64,000 nucleotides of DNA from a virus: positions 1-64,000 of the IMG/VR virus record IMGVR_UViG_3300045007_000250, one strand, 5' to 3'. Below, in pieces: positions 54,002 to 63,128 of the stretch; the first letter of the stretch is position 1; each line of letters begins with the position of its first letter. The position numbers and the translations under genes were made by a program. Below the pieces are notes generated by a model. The model searched no databases and was not told where the DNA came from. It saw only the letters and a list, made by a program, of their open reading frames with translations.

Positions 54002-56827
54002 ATGCCCGAAGAAAAGTCAAACAAAGATTCCGCTAGGCCGGGGTATTTTGAGGCTCTTGTTGCCGATTCCGAGCTAACCATTGTCAAGGTTTTCGGTGGC
54101 GAGAGTGACGTGGGTTTACCCGGAGCCGCGAAGTCTCAACAGCTTCCGCCTAACTACTTTGAGCAGGACATTCGTGCGGGGAAGGTTATTGCTCCGCTCT
54201 ATGATCCGCTGGTGTGGGCTTTCCTTCTTGAGCAGAGTACCCGCCTCGCCACGCTGGTTCGCAGCATGGCGAACAACACCGTGGGGTTGGGATGGGAGCT
54301 TGTGCCGGTCAAGGAAGAGGAGACGTGGCTTGAACAGAACAAGGATGCAATCGCGGCGGAGAAAGAGAACGTCACCGGTCTCTTTGAGGCTCCCAATCCT
54401 GAGTTGCCTTTCTGTGAAACTCTAAAGTGCGTCAAGATTGATGAGGAAGCGACCGGCGGCGGTTGGCTTGAAGTGTTGCCCACCGTGAGCGATCCTCACG
54501 CCATTGCCGGTTTTGACCACATCCCGTCCTATACGATGCGCGTTGCCAAAGAAGGCGACAAATACGTGCAAATGCGTCCTTCCGACACGTCCAAGCGCGT
54601 GTATTTCAAGCCGTATGGGGAACGGCGTGACTTGAATTGCGAAACCGGCGAGTGGGGGACGGACAAGATTCCGGTGCCGAAGGACAAGCTGGCGCATGAG
54701 GTTCTTTACTGGAAGCTCTACTCTCCGCGGTCTTCTTTTTACGGTGTCCCGCGTGCTGTTGCCACCGCACCGGCGATTGCCGGAACACGCTTGGCGCACC
54801 GGCGGAACGTCAATTTTTTCGAGAATGATGCATGTCAGCCAAAAAGTGCAATGATTCTCACACCTTACGGGTGGTCCACGATGGGGGAGATGTGCGTTGG
54901 CGCTCTTGTCATCGGTTCTGATGGCAAGGCTCATGCGGTTACGGGGGTCTTCCCACAGGCCGGTGAGCGGGATGTGTACCGGGTGCATTTCTTCGGCGGT
55001 GCTTCAACGGAATGCTCTTTGGATCACGTTTGGACCGTGACCAACGCTTATGATCGGAAGCGGGGTGTGATGCGAAAGATGACCCTAGAGGATATTCTCA
55101 AAGACGGTTTATTCTACGAGTGCGGTACGGCGAAGTGGGCCGTGCCGATGCTGGACCCCGTGGAGTATGCGCCGGTGGAATCTCTCTCCGTGGACCCCTA
55201 TTTGCTTGGGTATCTTTTGGGTAATGGGTGCTTGCGTGGCGGTGGGGTATCCATTTCTTGCAATGCTACCGACACGGATTTTGTGGAGAGCATGTTTAAG
55301 AGTACCACGGGACTTCCCGTTTCTCGGTCGGATATGAAAGGTTGGTCCACGCTGCGATCTTGTGGTGGTCGTAATAATTCCATCCGTGAGGCGTTGAAAG
55401 TCTTGGGTGTTTACGGTCTTTTGGGAAAGGAGAAATTCATTCCTGAGAGCTACTTGCGGGCGTCTGTGGCGGATCGTACTGCTCTTCTTCAAGGTTTGAT
55501 TGATTCGGATGGGCATGTGGGGGATACTTTTGTCCGCTTTACGACGGCCTCGCGCCGCTTGGCGGAGGGCGTGCAGGATTTGGTGGGTTCCTTGGGGGGT
55601 GCTACGACGTTTGCTCCTTGTAAGGGGCGCTCCACCATGAATGTCACCATTCGGCAGTTGCCGGAAGAGATTGTGCCGGTGCGTTTGCCTCGAAAGGCTG
55701 CGGCCTATTCAATGTTGTCGGTGACACGGGTTCGCACCATGATAGGTGCAGAGTTTGTCCGAAAAGAAGCGGTACAGTGTATTCGCGTGGACACGCCGGA
55801 TTCGCTTTACGTCACGGATAATTTCATTCTTACGCACAATACGCCCCGGTTGGCCGTGGTCGTGAACGGCGGGGAGCTTTCGTCCGAGAGCCTTGAGATG
55901 ATTCGGGACTTTGCGGAAGTTCGTGGGAAGGGTGTGGCGAATGCCGGGCGTGTCATGGTGTTGCAGGCGCGTGCCGCGGATAACATCACGCAGAACACGG
56001 ATCAGTTGAAGATTCAGTTGGTGCCTTTGACAGTTGGTGTGCAGGATGACGCCTCGTTTGCCAAATACATCGCCATGAACAATGAAGAGATCAGGGAAGC
56101 CTTCGGTATCGGGCAGATTTTCATTGGTACGTCGGACAACGTGAACCGGGCCGTGGCTCTGGCAATGAAGCAGTTGACCGTGGAGCAGGTCTTTGAGCCG
56201 GAAGCCGTGCGGTACGAGTACAAATTCAACCTCATCTTGCGTGATCGTTTCGGTGTGAAGCACATCCGGTTGAAGTTCAAGCGGCCTCGTACCACGGATT
56301 TGCAGGCGGAGGCACAGGCATTCTCCATGTTGGCCGCGGCTGGCGGAGTTACGCCCAACGACATTCGTGACTTCCTTGGAAAGCCGCGGTTTGAGGGCGC
56401 GTGGGCCAACACTCCCATCGCCATTCTTCGTTCCGGCATGATGGAGAAACGTGGTGAAGCGGATGCGACTCTTTGGACGCATTACGGGGACAAGCTGCCG
56501 TCTATGCGTCTTACGGATGAACAGGCTGATTTGGCCGAGGCTCAAGCGGGGACGGCGAAGCAGCAAGGAGAGACGCAAAAGATAATGGTACCGATGCAGC
56601 AAGAGGGTCTGAAAGCGCAGTTGGAAGTGACCAAAGCGCAGGCTGCGAAGCTCTTGCAGGAAGCCAGAACAGGCGGGCAGGCTCCGACTCCGACGCAGAT
56701 TCAGGCTGCGGCGAAGGAGTTTTGGGATGATGACTACCTCGCGCTCATGGAGCAGGTGCAATCGCTTGCAGACAAGCTCGCTGGACTCGGCATGGCGGTG
56801 GAAGTTCGTCCGGTGGTGGAGATATGA
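54002..56827 (+). CDS. Portal protein interrupted by an intein
   Basis: DEEATGGGWLEV, YGVP, NFFEND, TPNDIR; upstream of protease and capsid. Confidence 0.88.
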   Translation: MPEEKSNKDSARPGYFEALVADSELTIVKVFGGESDVGLPGAAKSQQLPPNYFEQDIRAGKVIAPLYDPLVWAFLLEQSTRLATLVRSMANNTVGLGWELVPVKEEETWLEQNKDAIAAEKENVTGLFEAPNPELPFCETLKCVKIDEEATGGGWLEVLPTVSDPHAIAGFDHIPSYTMRVAKEGDKYVQMRPSDTSKRVYFKPYGERRDLNCETGEWGTDKIPVPKDKLAHEVLYWKLYSPRSSFYGVPRAVATAPAIAGTRLAHRRNVNFFENDACQPKSAMILTPYGWSTMGEMCVGALVIGSDGKAHAVTGVFPQAGERDVYRVHFFGGASTECSLDHVWTVTNAYDRKRGVMRKMTLEDILKDGLFYECGTAKWAVPMLDPVEYAPVESLSVDPYLLGYLLGNGCLRGGGVSISCNATDTDFVESMFKSTTGLPVSRSDMKGWSTLRSCGGRNNSIREALKVLGVYGLLGKEKFIPESYLRASVADRTALLQGLIDSDGHVGDTFVRFTTASRRLAEGVQDLVGSLGGATTFAPCKGRSTMNVTIRQLPEEIVPVRLPRKAAAYSMLSVTRVRTMIGAEFVRKEAVQCIRVDTPDSLYVTDNFILTHNTPRLAVVVNGGELSSESLEMIRDFAEVRGKGVANAGRVMVLQARAADNITQNTDQLKIQLVPLTVGVQDDASFAKYIAMNNEEIREAFGIGQIFIGTSDNVNRAVALAMKQLTVEQVFEPEAVRYEYKFNLILRDRFGVKHIRLKFKRPRTTDLQAEAQAFSMLAAAGGVTPNDIRDFLGKPRFEGAWANTPIAILRSGMMEKRGEADATLWTHYGDKLPSMRLTDEQADLAEAQAGTAKQQGETQKIMVPMQQEGLKAQLEVTKAQAAKLLQEARTGGQAPTPTQIQAAAKEFWDDDYLALMEQVQSLADKLAGLGMAVEVRPVVEI
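54833..55840 (+). mobile_element. Intein with LAGLIDADG homing endonuclease (336 aa)
   Basis: ENDA|CQPKS...FILTHN|TPR; block B CSLDHVW; YLLGYLLGNG and LLQGLIDSDG. Confidence 0.92.
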
Positions 56828-56844
56828 TTGACAACGAAATAGAC

Positions 56845-56873
56845 TTGACACGTTTTCGTGTGTTCTGTATCAT
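56845..56873 (+). promoter_or_regulatory. sigma70 promoter for head genes
   Basis: TTGACA-17-TATCAT. Confidence 0.6.
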
Positions 56874-56926
56874 GGCTTCCGTAACGTGAGGATTATCGAA
56901 AGGTCTTCGTACAAGGAGTAGCGAAA

Positions 56927-57127
56927 ATGGCCGACAAGATCAAAGGCGCGACCCCGATTCCCGGCGTGGCTCTTTCCGGCGCGAAGGTGGCTGGTGTGGC
57001 TGACCACGATGCCGCCGCTGGCAAGGATTTGCAGACCGGCGCGGCGAATCCGACGCAGAAGGCGAAGGAGAACACGCCGAACCTGCAAAAGCTGAATCAG
57101 ACTCGCAACGCGAACGCTGCCGACTAA
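56927..57127 (+). CDS. Small hypothetical protein
   Basis: AAGGAG RBS. Confidence 0.65.
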   Translation: MADKIKGATPIPGVALSGAKVAGVADHDAAAGKDLQTGAANPTQKAKENTPNLQKLNQTRNANAAD

Positions 57128-57152
57128 TCCGTGCTCTTGAAGGGGTGCGTGG

Positions 57153-59225
57153 ATGAAAGATCGGTTTGAGTTCGATCTGACTGTGTGGAAGGCTGACCAA
57201 CGCGACGGTAAGCCTTGCTTGCTCATCTACGCCACTGACACTGCGGACGACCGGCATGGCGACAACTGCACTCTCGCGTGTCTTGAAGGCTTGCAGAAGC
57301 AGATTCGGGATGGCGGGATAGAAATTCTCAATTCCCATCACGACGCGGTGGGTCTTGGACAAGCGGTTGATGCCCATATTGTTGACGCGGAACAGTTTGA
57401 TTTCCGCTTGAAGGGCGAGCGTGCCCTTTTGGTGGATACGATTTTGGACCCCCACGATCCGCGGGCGATCAAGCTCTTCGAGAAGGCACAGCAGAGCACC
57501 CCTGAGAATCCTCTGATTCGTTTTTCCATCGGTGGCGAATTGAACAAGGCCAATCCACGGCGCGTTCTTTGGAAGACTGGCGGTGGCAGGCAACTCAACG
57601 ACATGGTTCTTGACCACATCACCGCTTGCCGTCCCCTCAAAGCCTCTAACACACGCACACACATTGCCGAAGCCGTTTTCAAGACGTTGGAATACCCGGA
57701 AAGCGATCCGGGGTCCGTCGTTTTGGCGGACAATGTGGCTGCGGACAAGGACAAAACCATGCCCCCTGACTCCTTCGTTGCGGCACTCCGAAAGTTGGCT
57801 TTCGGTGACGGCGTGGAAAAGGCTCTCTCCACCGCGTACTTTGAGGGCGAGAGCGGCCCCGCGGGGAAGGGGGAGAATGAGCATGTTCACCAGTTCACCG
57901 CCCGTTTGAATGCGGACGGTGGTACGGTGATCGGCATGACGCAGAATTGGTCTGCCGGGGATCGTCATTCGCACATGATTGATCTCATGGGTGACGACGA
58001 TCCCGTGACTTCCGGCCCATCTCGCGGTTTTCAGCATTTTCACGCCTTGGAAATGCCGACTGTTCGCCAATTGACCCAAGCGGAGTATGAAAAGACCGTG
58101 GCGGCCCTGGTTGCGGAAGACCCCAATGCCACCGTCTTGCAGGTTGACCCTGCGGACTTGGAGAAGTTGGCCCCGGCGGTGGAGCCTGCTCCTGTGGACG
58201 TGGCGGCGAAGAAGGCCGAGGACGACGAAGAGCCGGATGAGGATGAGCCGGAAACCAAGGCAGCGATGGGCTTTTTCAAGACCATGATCCAAAAGCTCCG
58301 GCACAAGGAACCACCCACTCCGCTTGTCCTGTTGAAGCAGACGGCGAGCTATCTCACGCCCGAAGCCGTTGCGAAAGACGGTTTCGACGCGGTGGTGGGC
58401 GGAACCATCGAAGTTCTCCGAAAGGTTCTGGCGGCTGCTCCGGCGGATCGTGAGAGCCTTACCGTGCGTGCGGCCAAGACCATTTCTGTGTTGGAAGCCG
58501 CCGCTACCGGTACCGAGCTTCCGAAAGAAGCCGTTGGAGCTTTGGTGGATGCTTTCGCCAAGCATACCAATTCCGCACCGGACGGCCCGACTGCTCCCCC
58601 GGCGGAGGCCAGTGGCGGCGGTAAGTCGGAAGTATTGGAAGGTGAAGCCGGGGAGAAGGCCAAAGAAGAAATGCCCGCGGGTGGTTTCGCGGGTGCGGAG
58701 AATGCAACGAAACCCGCTCCGGTTGGGGGCGGCGAAGAGGATGAGGGAGTGCCCGACATGAAGAGGGAAGAACTATTGGCGGCTCTGAAAGAGTTTGCGG
58801 CGGAGCAGACCGTGGCAATCGTGAAAGGCGTCACGGACGCCTTCCGCAAAGACGGGTTGCTCCCTGCGAAAGACAATCAGACGGAAACCCCGGCTTCGGG
58901 GGCAACCTCGAAAGAGGCCCCTCCGGCGACCGAGACACCGGTTTCCAAAGAGGCGGCTCCGGCGGCTCCGGCACAAGCCGAGACTCTTACGGCCCCGGCG
59001 GACGCGCAGAAGGACGGCGGCGAAGTCGAAGCGTTGAGGGCGACATTGGACACGGTTCTCAAGACCGTGGACGGTCTCAATGCGACGGTACAGCGGTTGT
59101 CCAACGCTCCGGCGGCTCCGCGCAACATCGCGGGGCAGGATGGCCCGGCCACGCCCCCGCAGGCGAAGAGGGGTGTCTTTTCCGGCGCTCTTTTCCGCGG
59201 GGACAAGCCCTCGGCCAAGGCGTAA
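57153..59225 (+). CDS. Prohead protease / scaffold fusion
   Basis: YATDTADDRHGD, NSHH, FSIGG; long acidic Ala/Pro-rich C terminus; precedes capsid. Confidence 0.78.
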   Translation: MKDRFEFDLTVWKADQRDGKPCLLIYATDTADDRHGDNCTLACLEGLQKQIRDGGIEILNSHHDAVGLGQAVDAHIVDAEQFDFRLKGERALLVDTILDPHDPRAIKLFEKAQQSTPENPLIRFSIGGELNKANPRRVLWKTGGGRQLNDMVLDHITACRPLKASNTRTHIAEAVFKTLEYPESDPGSVVLADNVAADKDKTMPPDSFVAALRKLAFGDGVEKALSTAYFEGESGPAGKGENEHVHQFTARLNADGGTVIGMTQNWSAGDRHSHMIDLMGDDDPVTSGPSRGFQHFHALEMPTVRQLTQAEYEKTVAALVAEDPNATVLQVDPADLEKLAPAVEPAPVDVAAKKAEDDEEPDEDEPETKAAMGFFKTMIQKLRHKEPPTPLVLLKQTASYLTPEAVAKDGFDAVVGGTIEVLRKVLAAAPADRESLTVRAAKTISVLEAAATGTELPKEAVGALVDAFAKHTNSAPDGPTAPPAEASGGGKSEVLEGEAGEKAKEEMPAGGFAGAENATKPAPVGGGEEDEGVPDMKREELLAALKEFAAEQTVAIVKGVTDAFRKDGLLPAKDNQTETPASGATSKEAPPATETPVSKEAAPAAPAQAETLTAPADAQKDGGEVEALRATLDTVLKTVDGLNATVQRLSNAPAAPRNIAGQDGPATPPQAKRGVFSGALFRGDKPSAKA

Positions 59226-59280
59226 GGGTTGCCGCGTAAGCGGCGTGAACAATCATCTCGTTTTGTGAAGGAGTGCTATA

Positions 59281-60594
59281 ATGCCCCCGAAAACCGACAA
59301 TCAGGAGTTGATCGAAAAAACGATCACGACTGACATGCTTTTGACTGGCGGACGTTTGAATCCGGCCCAACAGGATGCCTTCGTGCAGTTGGTCAAGGAC
59401 ACGTCCGTTCTCTTGCAGAAAGTCCGCTTCGAGCGGATGGCGACGGCTCGCAAGCAGATCGACAAGGCGTACATCGGCGAGCCTGTCACCCGTGGTGTGG
59501 CTGAAAACGCCGCCACCGCGGTCAACGCTCGCGCCGTGTTCGACCAGATCACCCTCAACGCGACCAAGGTGAAGTCGGATTGGTCCATCACCACCGAGAC
59601 CTTGCAGGAAAACATCGAAGGGGATGCTTTCGAGGACACCCTGATGAGCATGATGACCAAGCGGATCAGCACCGACTTGGAATTGCTCGCCATTCAGGGC
59701 GACGTGACCCTTCCGGGTGGTACGGTGCTCAACAACCTGCTCAGCACGCTGGACGGATGGGACAAGAAATCCCTTGCTGCGCACATCGTTGACGCCAACG
59801 GCTCCGGGATCACCAAGGAAATCTTTGCTCGCGCCATGCGCCGGATGCCGGAACAGTACATGCAAGACCCCGATCTTGTGTGGCTGACTCCGCGTGCGGT
59901 GGCGACGGATTGGGCGGAGCAGGTCGCGGCCCGCGAAACTGCGGCTGGTGATGACGCTCTCAAGGGCAACACGCTCATGCCCTATGGCTTCCCCATGCTG
60001 ATCGTGCCGAATCTCCCGGCGCGGAAGTCTTTGGCGGTTGCGACGGCGACCCCGGCCCTCTGGCTCGGCACACAGTTTGCTCCGTTCGAGATCACTGCGG
60101 GCGTGAACGACCGGCTGACCATCAACGTCAACGCCATCGGCAATCAGGCGTTGGTTCTCACGGCGGGCGTCTATACCGTCGTGGAGTTCATTGCGATGTT
60201 CATGGCGAAGCTGGCGACGGCTTCCCCGGCGAGCGCGGCGGCGTTGCAGTGTTACGATGATGGACAGGGGCGGCTGGTGTTGCAGACCATTGCCACCGGT
60301 GCGGCCACGTCCATCGAGTTCGTGGCGGTGGCTCTCAACTGCTACGCGGAGATCGGTGTCACGGCGGCTTCGCACACGGGCGCGGCGGCGGGCAGTGGCA
60401 CGACCAACGACGGCACGATCCTGTTGCTCACCAACCTCAAGAACCTGATCTTCGGGATGGTGGATGACACGCGCATCTACTCCGAGTACAACAAGGACTA
60501 CGACCGCTACGAGTTCGTGGTTTACAACCAAGTCGCGGTCGAGATCGAAAACACCGAAGCCGTGGTGAAGGTCATCAACCTGAAACGCGGCTAG
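59281..60594 (+). CDS. Major capsid protein (HK97 fold) with insertion domain
   Basis: GGRLNPAQQDAFV, LQENIEG, DLELLAIQGD, LLTNLKNLIFG; strongly biased codons. Confidence 0.88.
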   Translation: MPPKTDNQELIEKTITTDMLLTGGRLNPAQQDAFVQLVKDTSVLLQKVRFERMATARKQIDKAYIGEPVTRGVAENAATAVNARAVFDQITLNATKVKSDWSITTETLQENIEGDAFEDTLMSMMTKRISTDLELLAIQGDVTLPGGTVLNNLLSTLDGWDKKSLAAHIVDANGSGITKEIFARAMRRMPEQYMQDPDLVWLTPRAVATDWAEQVAARETAAGDDALKGNTLMPYGFPMLIVPNLPARKSLAVATATPALWLGTQFAPFEITAGVNDRLTINVNAIGNQALVLTAGVYTVVEFIAMFMAKLATASPASAAALQCYDDGQGRLVLQTIATGAATSIEFVAVALNCYAEIGVTAASHTGAAAGSGTTNDGTILLLTNLKNLIFGMVDDTRIYSEYNKDYDRYEFVVYNQVAVEIENTEAVVKVINLKRG

Positions 60595-60632
60595 GCGTTG
60601 CTCTCCGCAGAGGCGGGGGCGGGGCGTGACGG

Positions 60633-61229
60633 ATGGACGAGGGAATGATGGCTCCGATCTACTTTGACACGATGGGCGGGCGCGTGTCGTTTGCCTGTCG
60701 TTTCAGCCGGAATGTCTATCGCTTCTACGAAGGGCAACCGGAGTTGAATCCCGTGACGAATCCGCATGACGTGGATGAGTTGCGGCAGTGCCCGGACCTG
60801 GTGGAAGTGACGCAGATTGAAGGCGGACGGTGGGTACGGCGTCCCGCCCCCGGTGTACGTCCGCGGCGGACGGTGATGACTTCGGACACTCTGGCGCAGC
60901 CCACACCCGTACCGATCACGGTAGCTGGGGTGGAGAGTTCGGCGAGTGTGCAGCCGACTTTGGTGGGGAATGGCGACACTCACCCCCTAGCGGTAGCGTT
61001 GGCGGAAGAGCCGGTGGGGGAAAGGAAAGAGGAGATTGCGGAAGAGCCGGGGGTGGAAACACCCCCGGTTTCTCCGGTTCTTGGAGAAGAGCCGGTGGGG
61101 GGAGTGCAAGCGGAACCTGATTCCGCTGGTGTCGTGGGAAGCGACGACATCCCAAAGGATGCCGCGGTAATCCCCGCTCCCACCATCAAAGTCAGAGTGG
61201 CGAAGGACAAGAAGCCAAAGGATGAATAA
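60633..61229 (+). CDS. Hypothetical protein (Pro/Glu-rich tail)
   Basis: Directly after the capsid gene. Confidence 0.6.
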   Translation: MDEGMMAPIYFDTMGGRVSFACRFSRNVYRFYEGQPELNPVTNPHDVDELRQCPDLVEVTQIEGGRWVRRPAPGVRPRRTVMTSDTLAQPTPVPITVAGVESSASVQPTLVGNGDTHPLAVALAEEPVGERKEEIAEEPGVETPPVSPVLGEEPVGGVQAEPDSAGVVGSDDIPKDAAVIPAPTIKVRVAKDKKPKDE

Positions 61230-61231
61230 GT

Positions 61232-62305
61232 GTGCGTCCAAAATTCCGATACGCCACACTTCCCGAAGTCAAGCGGCGGATAATTCCGACTGCTCTCACT
61301 GATCCTGACCCCGATATTTCCGACGCGGACATTCTCAAGATCATCGAAGCTGTGTCCGCGGCGCTCAATGAGTGGACGCAGCAGTTCTTTCAGCCCGTTC
61401 CTGAGTTGGTAAGGGTTTCGGGGCAGGGCGATCAAGTGTTGTCGCATCCCTCTGTGGTGCCCATTCTTGCCATTTTACAGATGGCTGGATTGCCGGTGCG
61501 CGGTTACGGGGAATTTCGGGGCAGTGAGAGGATCGTCCCGTTTTCCAACGACTACCCGGAAATTCTTTATGAAGGCTTGGTGTACCCGCCTCAGTACGGG
61601 CAAGCTCTAAATCAAACTGGAAGTGGCCTTGTCGCGTGGGAGCGTGGGAAACGGCATGTCCGTATGCTTTCCCGGCGCGGCGGGTTTGTTCGTGGGTACG
61701 CCAATGTGGAGATGACGGGGTGGTACGGGTGGCTTGAGGGGTACAAGTCGGTGAGCATGACCCTTTCCACTGCCATCGCGGTCAACACGTCCGTCAGTAC
61801 CATTCATGTCAATCAGATCGTGGACCCCACCAGCGGTGATTTCTTGCAGGTTGGGGATACCGTTGCCATCTATTTGCAGGAGCCGGTAGGTGCGCTGATC
61901 CCGTCCGCAGTGGAGTTTGCGATTGTGCAAGCGATTGCAGACCATGTGGGCGGTGGCTATGATTTGACGGTGGACCCCATTTCTAAGTACCCGTTTTCTC
62001 TGCCGATTGGGACTAAGGTGCTGTCCCTTGGAGCGGTTCCGCGAGGTTTGGCGGAAGTGGCGCAGTACCTTGTGGCCAAAGAAGTGATCGCGCTTTCGGA
62101 TTCTCTCACTGGTGGTTCTTCTGGTGGTGGGAGTAGTGGTCCTCTCATTTCCGAATCGGTTGACAACTATTCGTACACGCTGGCCGACACTTCAAGTAGC
62201 GGTGGTACGAGCAAAGGTGCGTTGGGACTCATTACCGGCTCCGTGCGGCATGATTTACTTTTACGTGAGTTTGTCCGTCCGCAGGTGAGCATTTCGTGGT
62301 GGTAG
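61232..62305 (+). CDS. Putative head-tail adaptor
   Basis: YATLPEV N terminus, T.QFF, SESVDNYSYT; synteny. Confidence 0.65.
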   Translation: MRPKFRYATLPEVKRRIIPTALTDPDPDISDADILKIIEAVSAALNEWTQQFFQPVPELVRVSGQGDQVLSHPSVVPILAILQMAGLPVRGYGEFRGSERIVPFSNDYPEILYEGLVYPPQYGQALNQTGSGLVAWERGKRHVRMLSRRGGFVRGYANVEMTGWYGWLEGYKSVSMTLSTAIAVNTSVSTIHVNQIVDPTSGDFLQVGDTVAIYLQEPVGALIPSAVEFAIVQAIADHVGGGYDLTVDPISKYPFSLPIGTKVLSLGAVPRGLAEVAQYLVAKEVIALSDSLTGGSSGGGSSGPLISESVDNYSYTLADTSSSGGTSKGALGLITGSVRHDLLLREFVRPQVSISWW

Positions 62306-62308
62306 CGA

Positions 62309-62722
62309 ATGTCGGTGCCGATGCGCATGAATCTGGTGGACGTGGAGTACACTCCTTTGTTGAGCGGGGCTCAACAAACTATGGATTCCGACTTCAACGA
62401 ACCGCGCACTGGCGCTCGGCGTCAATACGGAGCCGCTGTTTCGGCGAAGTCACAGGTAGTGTGGGGTCAGCGGCATCGTCGGGATGCGAGCGTGACCGGT
62501 GATCCGGCGAATGCGACCGGACACCTGTGTTTGAGCGTAAAGGCAATGACGGCGGGTGGGTGGGTGTTCTCGAAGGGAGACCTCATCACGAAGATTGCCG
62601 GGGTTGCTCAAAATTTGGAAGTGATCGAAGTGCGACCGGTTGGACATTTGAATGGCAAAAGCAATCTGACTCTGGTATTCTTCGGGAACAATGAAGACAC
62701 GAATCCCAACGTGCGGGGGTGA
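62309..62722 (+). CDS. Putative head closure/stopper protein
   Basis: Beta-rich, KGD.I, EVRP; synteny. Confidence 0.5.
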   Translation: MSVPMRMNLVDVEYTPLLSGAQQTMDSDFNEPRTGARRQYGAAVSAKSQVVWGQRHRRDASVTGDPANATGHLCLSVKAMTAGGWVFSKGDLITKIAGVAQNLEVIEVRPVGHLNGKSNLTLVFFGNNEDTNPNVRG

Positions 62723-63079
62723 GTGATGCAACAGTGGACTCATCGGGTTGGTGCCGGGTCTCAGATGGATGGGACGGCGGGCAAGGGTGGTTTCACCGAA
62801 GCGCAGGAGATGTATAGGGCGCAAGGGCACTACTTGATGCAGGTGGTCCTTCGCGTCGGCGCGTCGGTGCTGGTCAAGGATGTGGAAGTGTATCTTCGTA
62901 CCGCTTTTGGCGACGTTCCGGTGATTGCTACCACCGTTGCCGCGGTGGACGAATACTACTTTCTCAGCGATTTTACCATGTATGCGGGGCCGGGCGAGTA
63001 TTTCGTGGTGACGACGGACCACTGTGTAACGGAAGTCTTCGCTTCCATTTACACCGTTGGCACCGTGGCGGAGTGGTGA
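62723..63079 (+). CDS. Hypothetical virion protein
   Basis: Synteny. Confidence 0.5.
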   Translation: MMQQWTHRVGAGSQMDGTAGKGGFTEAQEMYRAQGHYLMQVVLRVGASVLVKDVEVYLRTAFGDVPVIATTVAAVDEYYFLSDFTMYAGPGEYFVVTTDHCVTEVFASIYTVGTVAEW

Positions 63080-63128
63080 CGTGACTCAGATTCTCCTTTT
63101 CACTGAGTTTCCGGCGTAGGGGTTTTGA

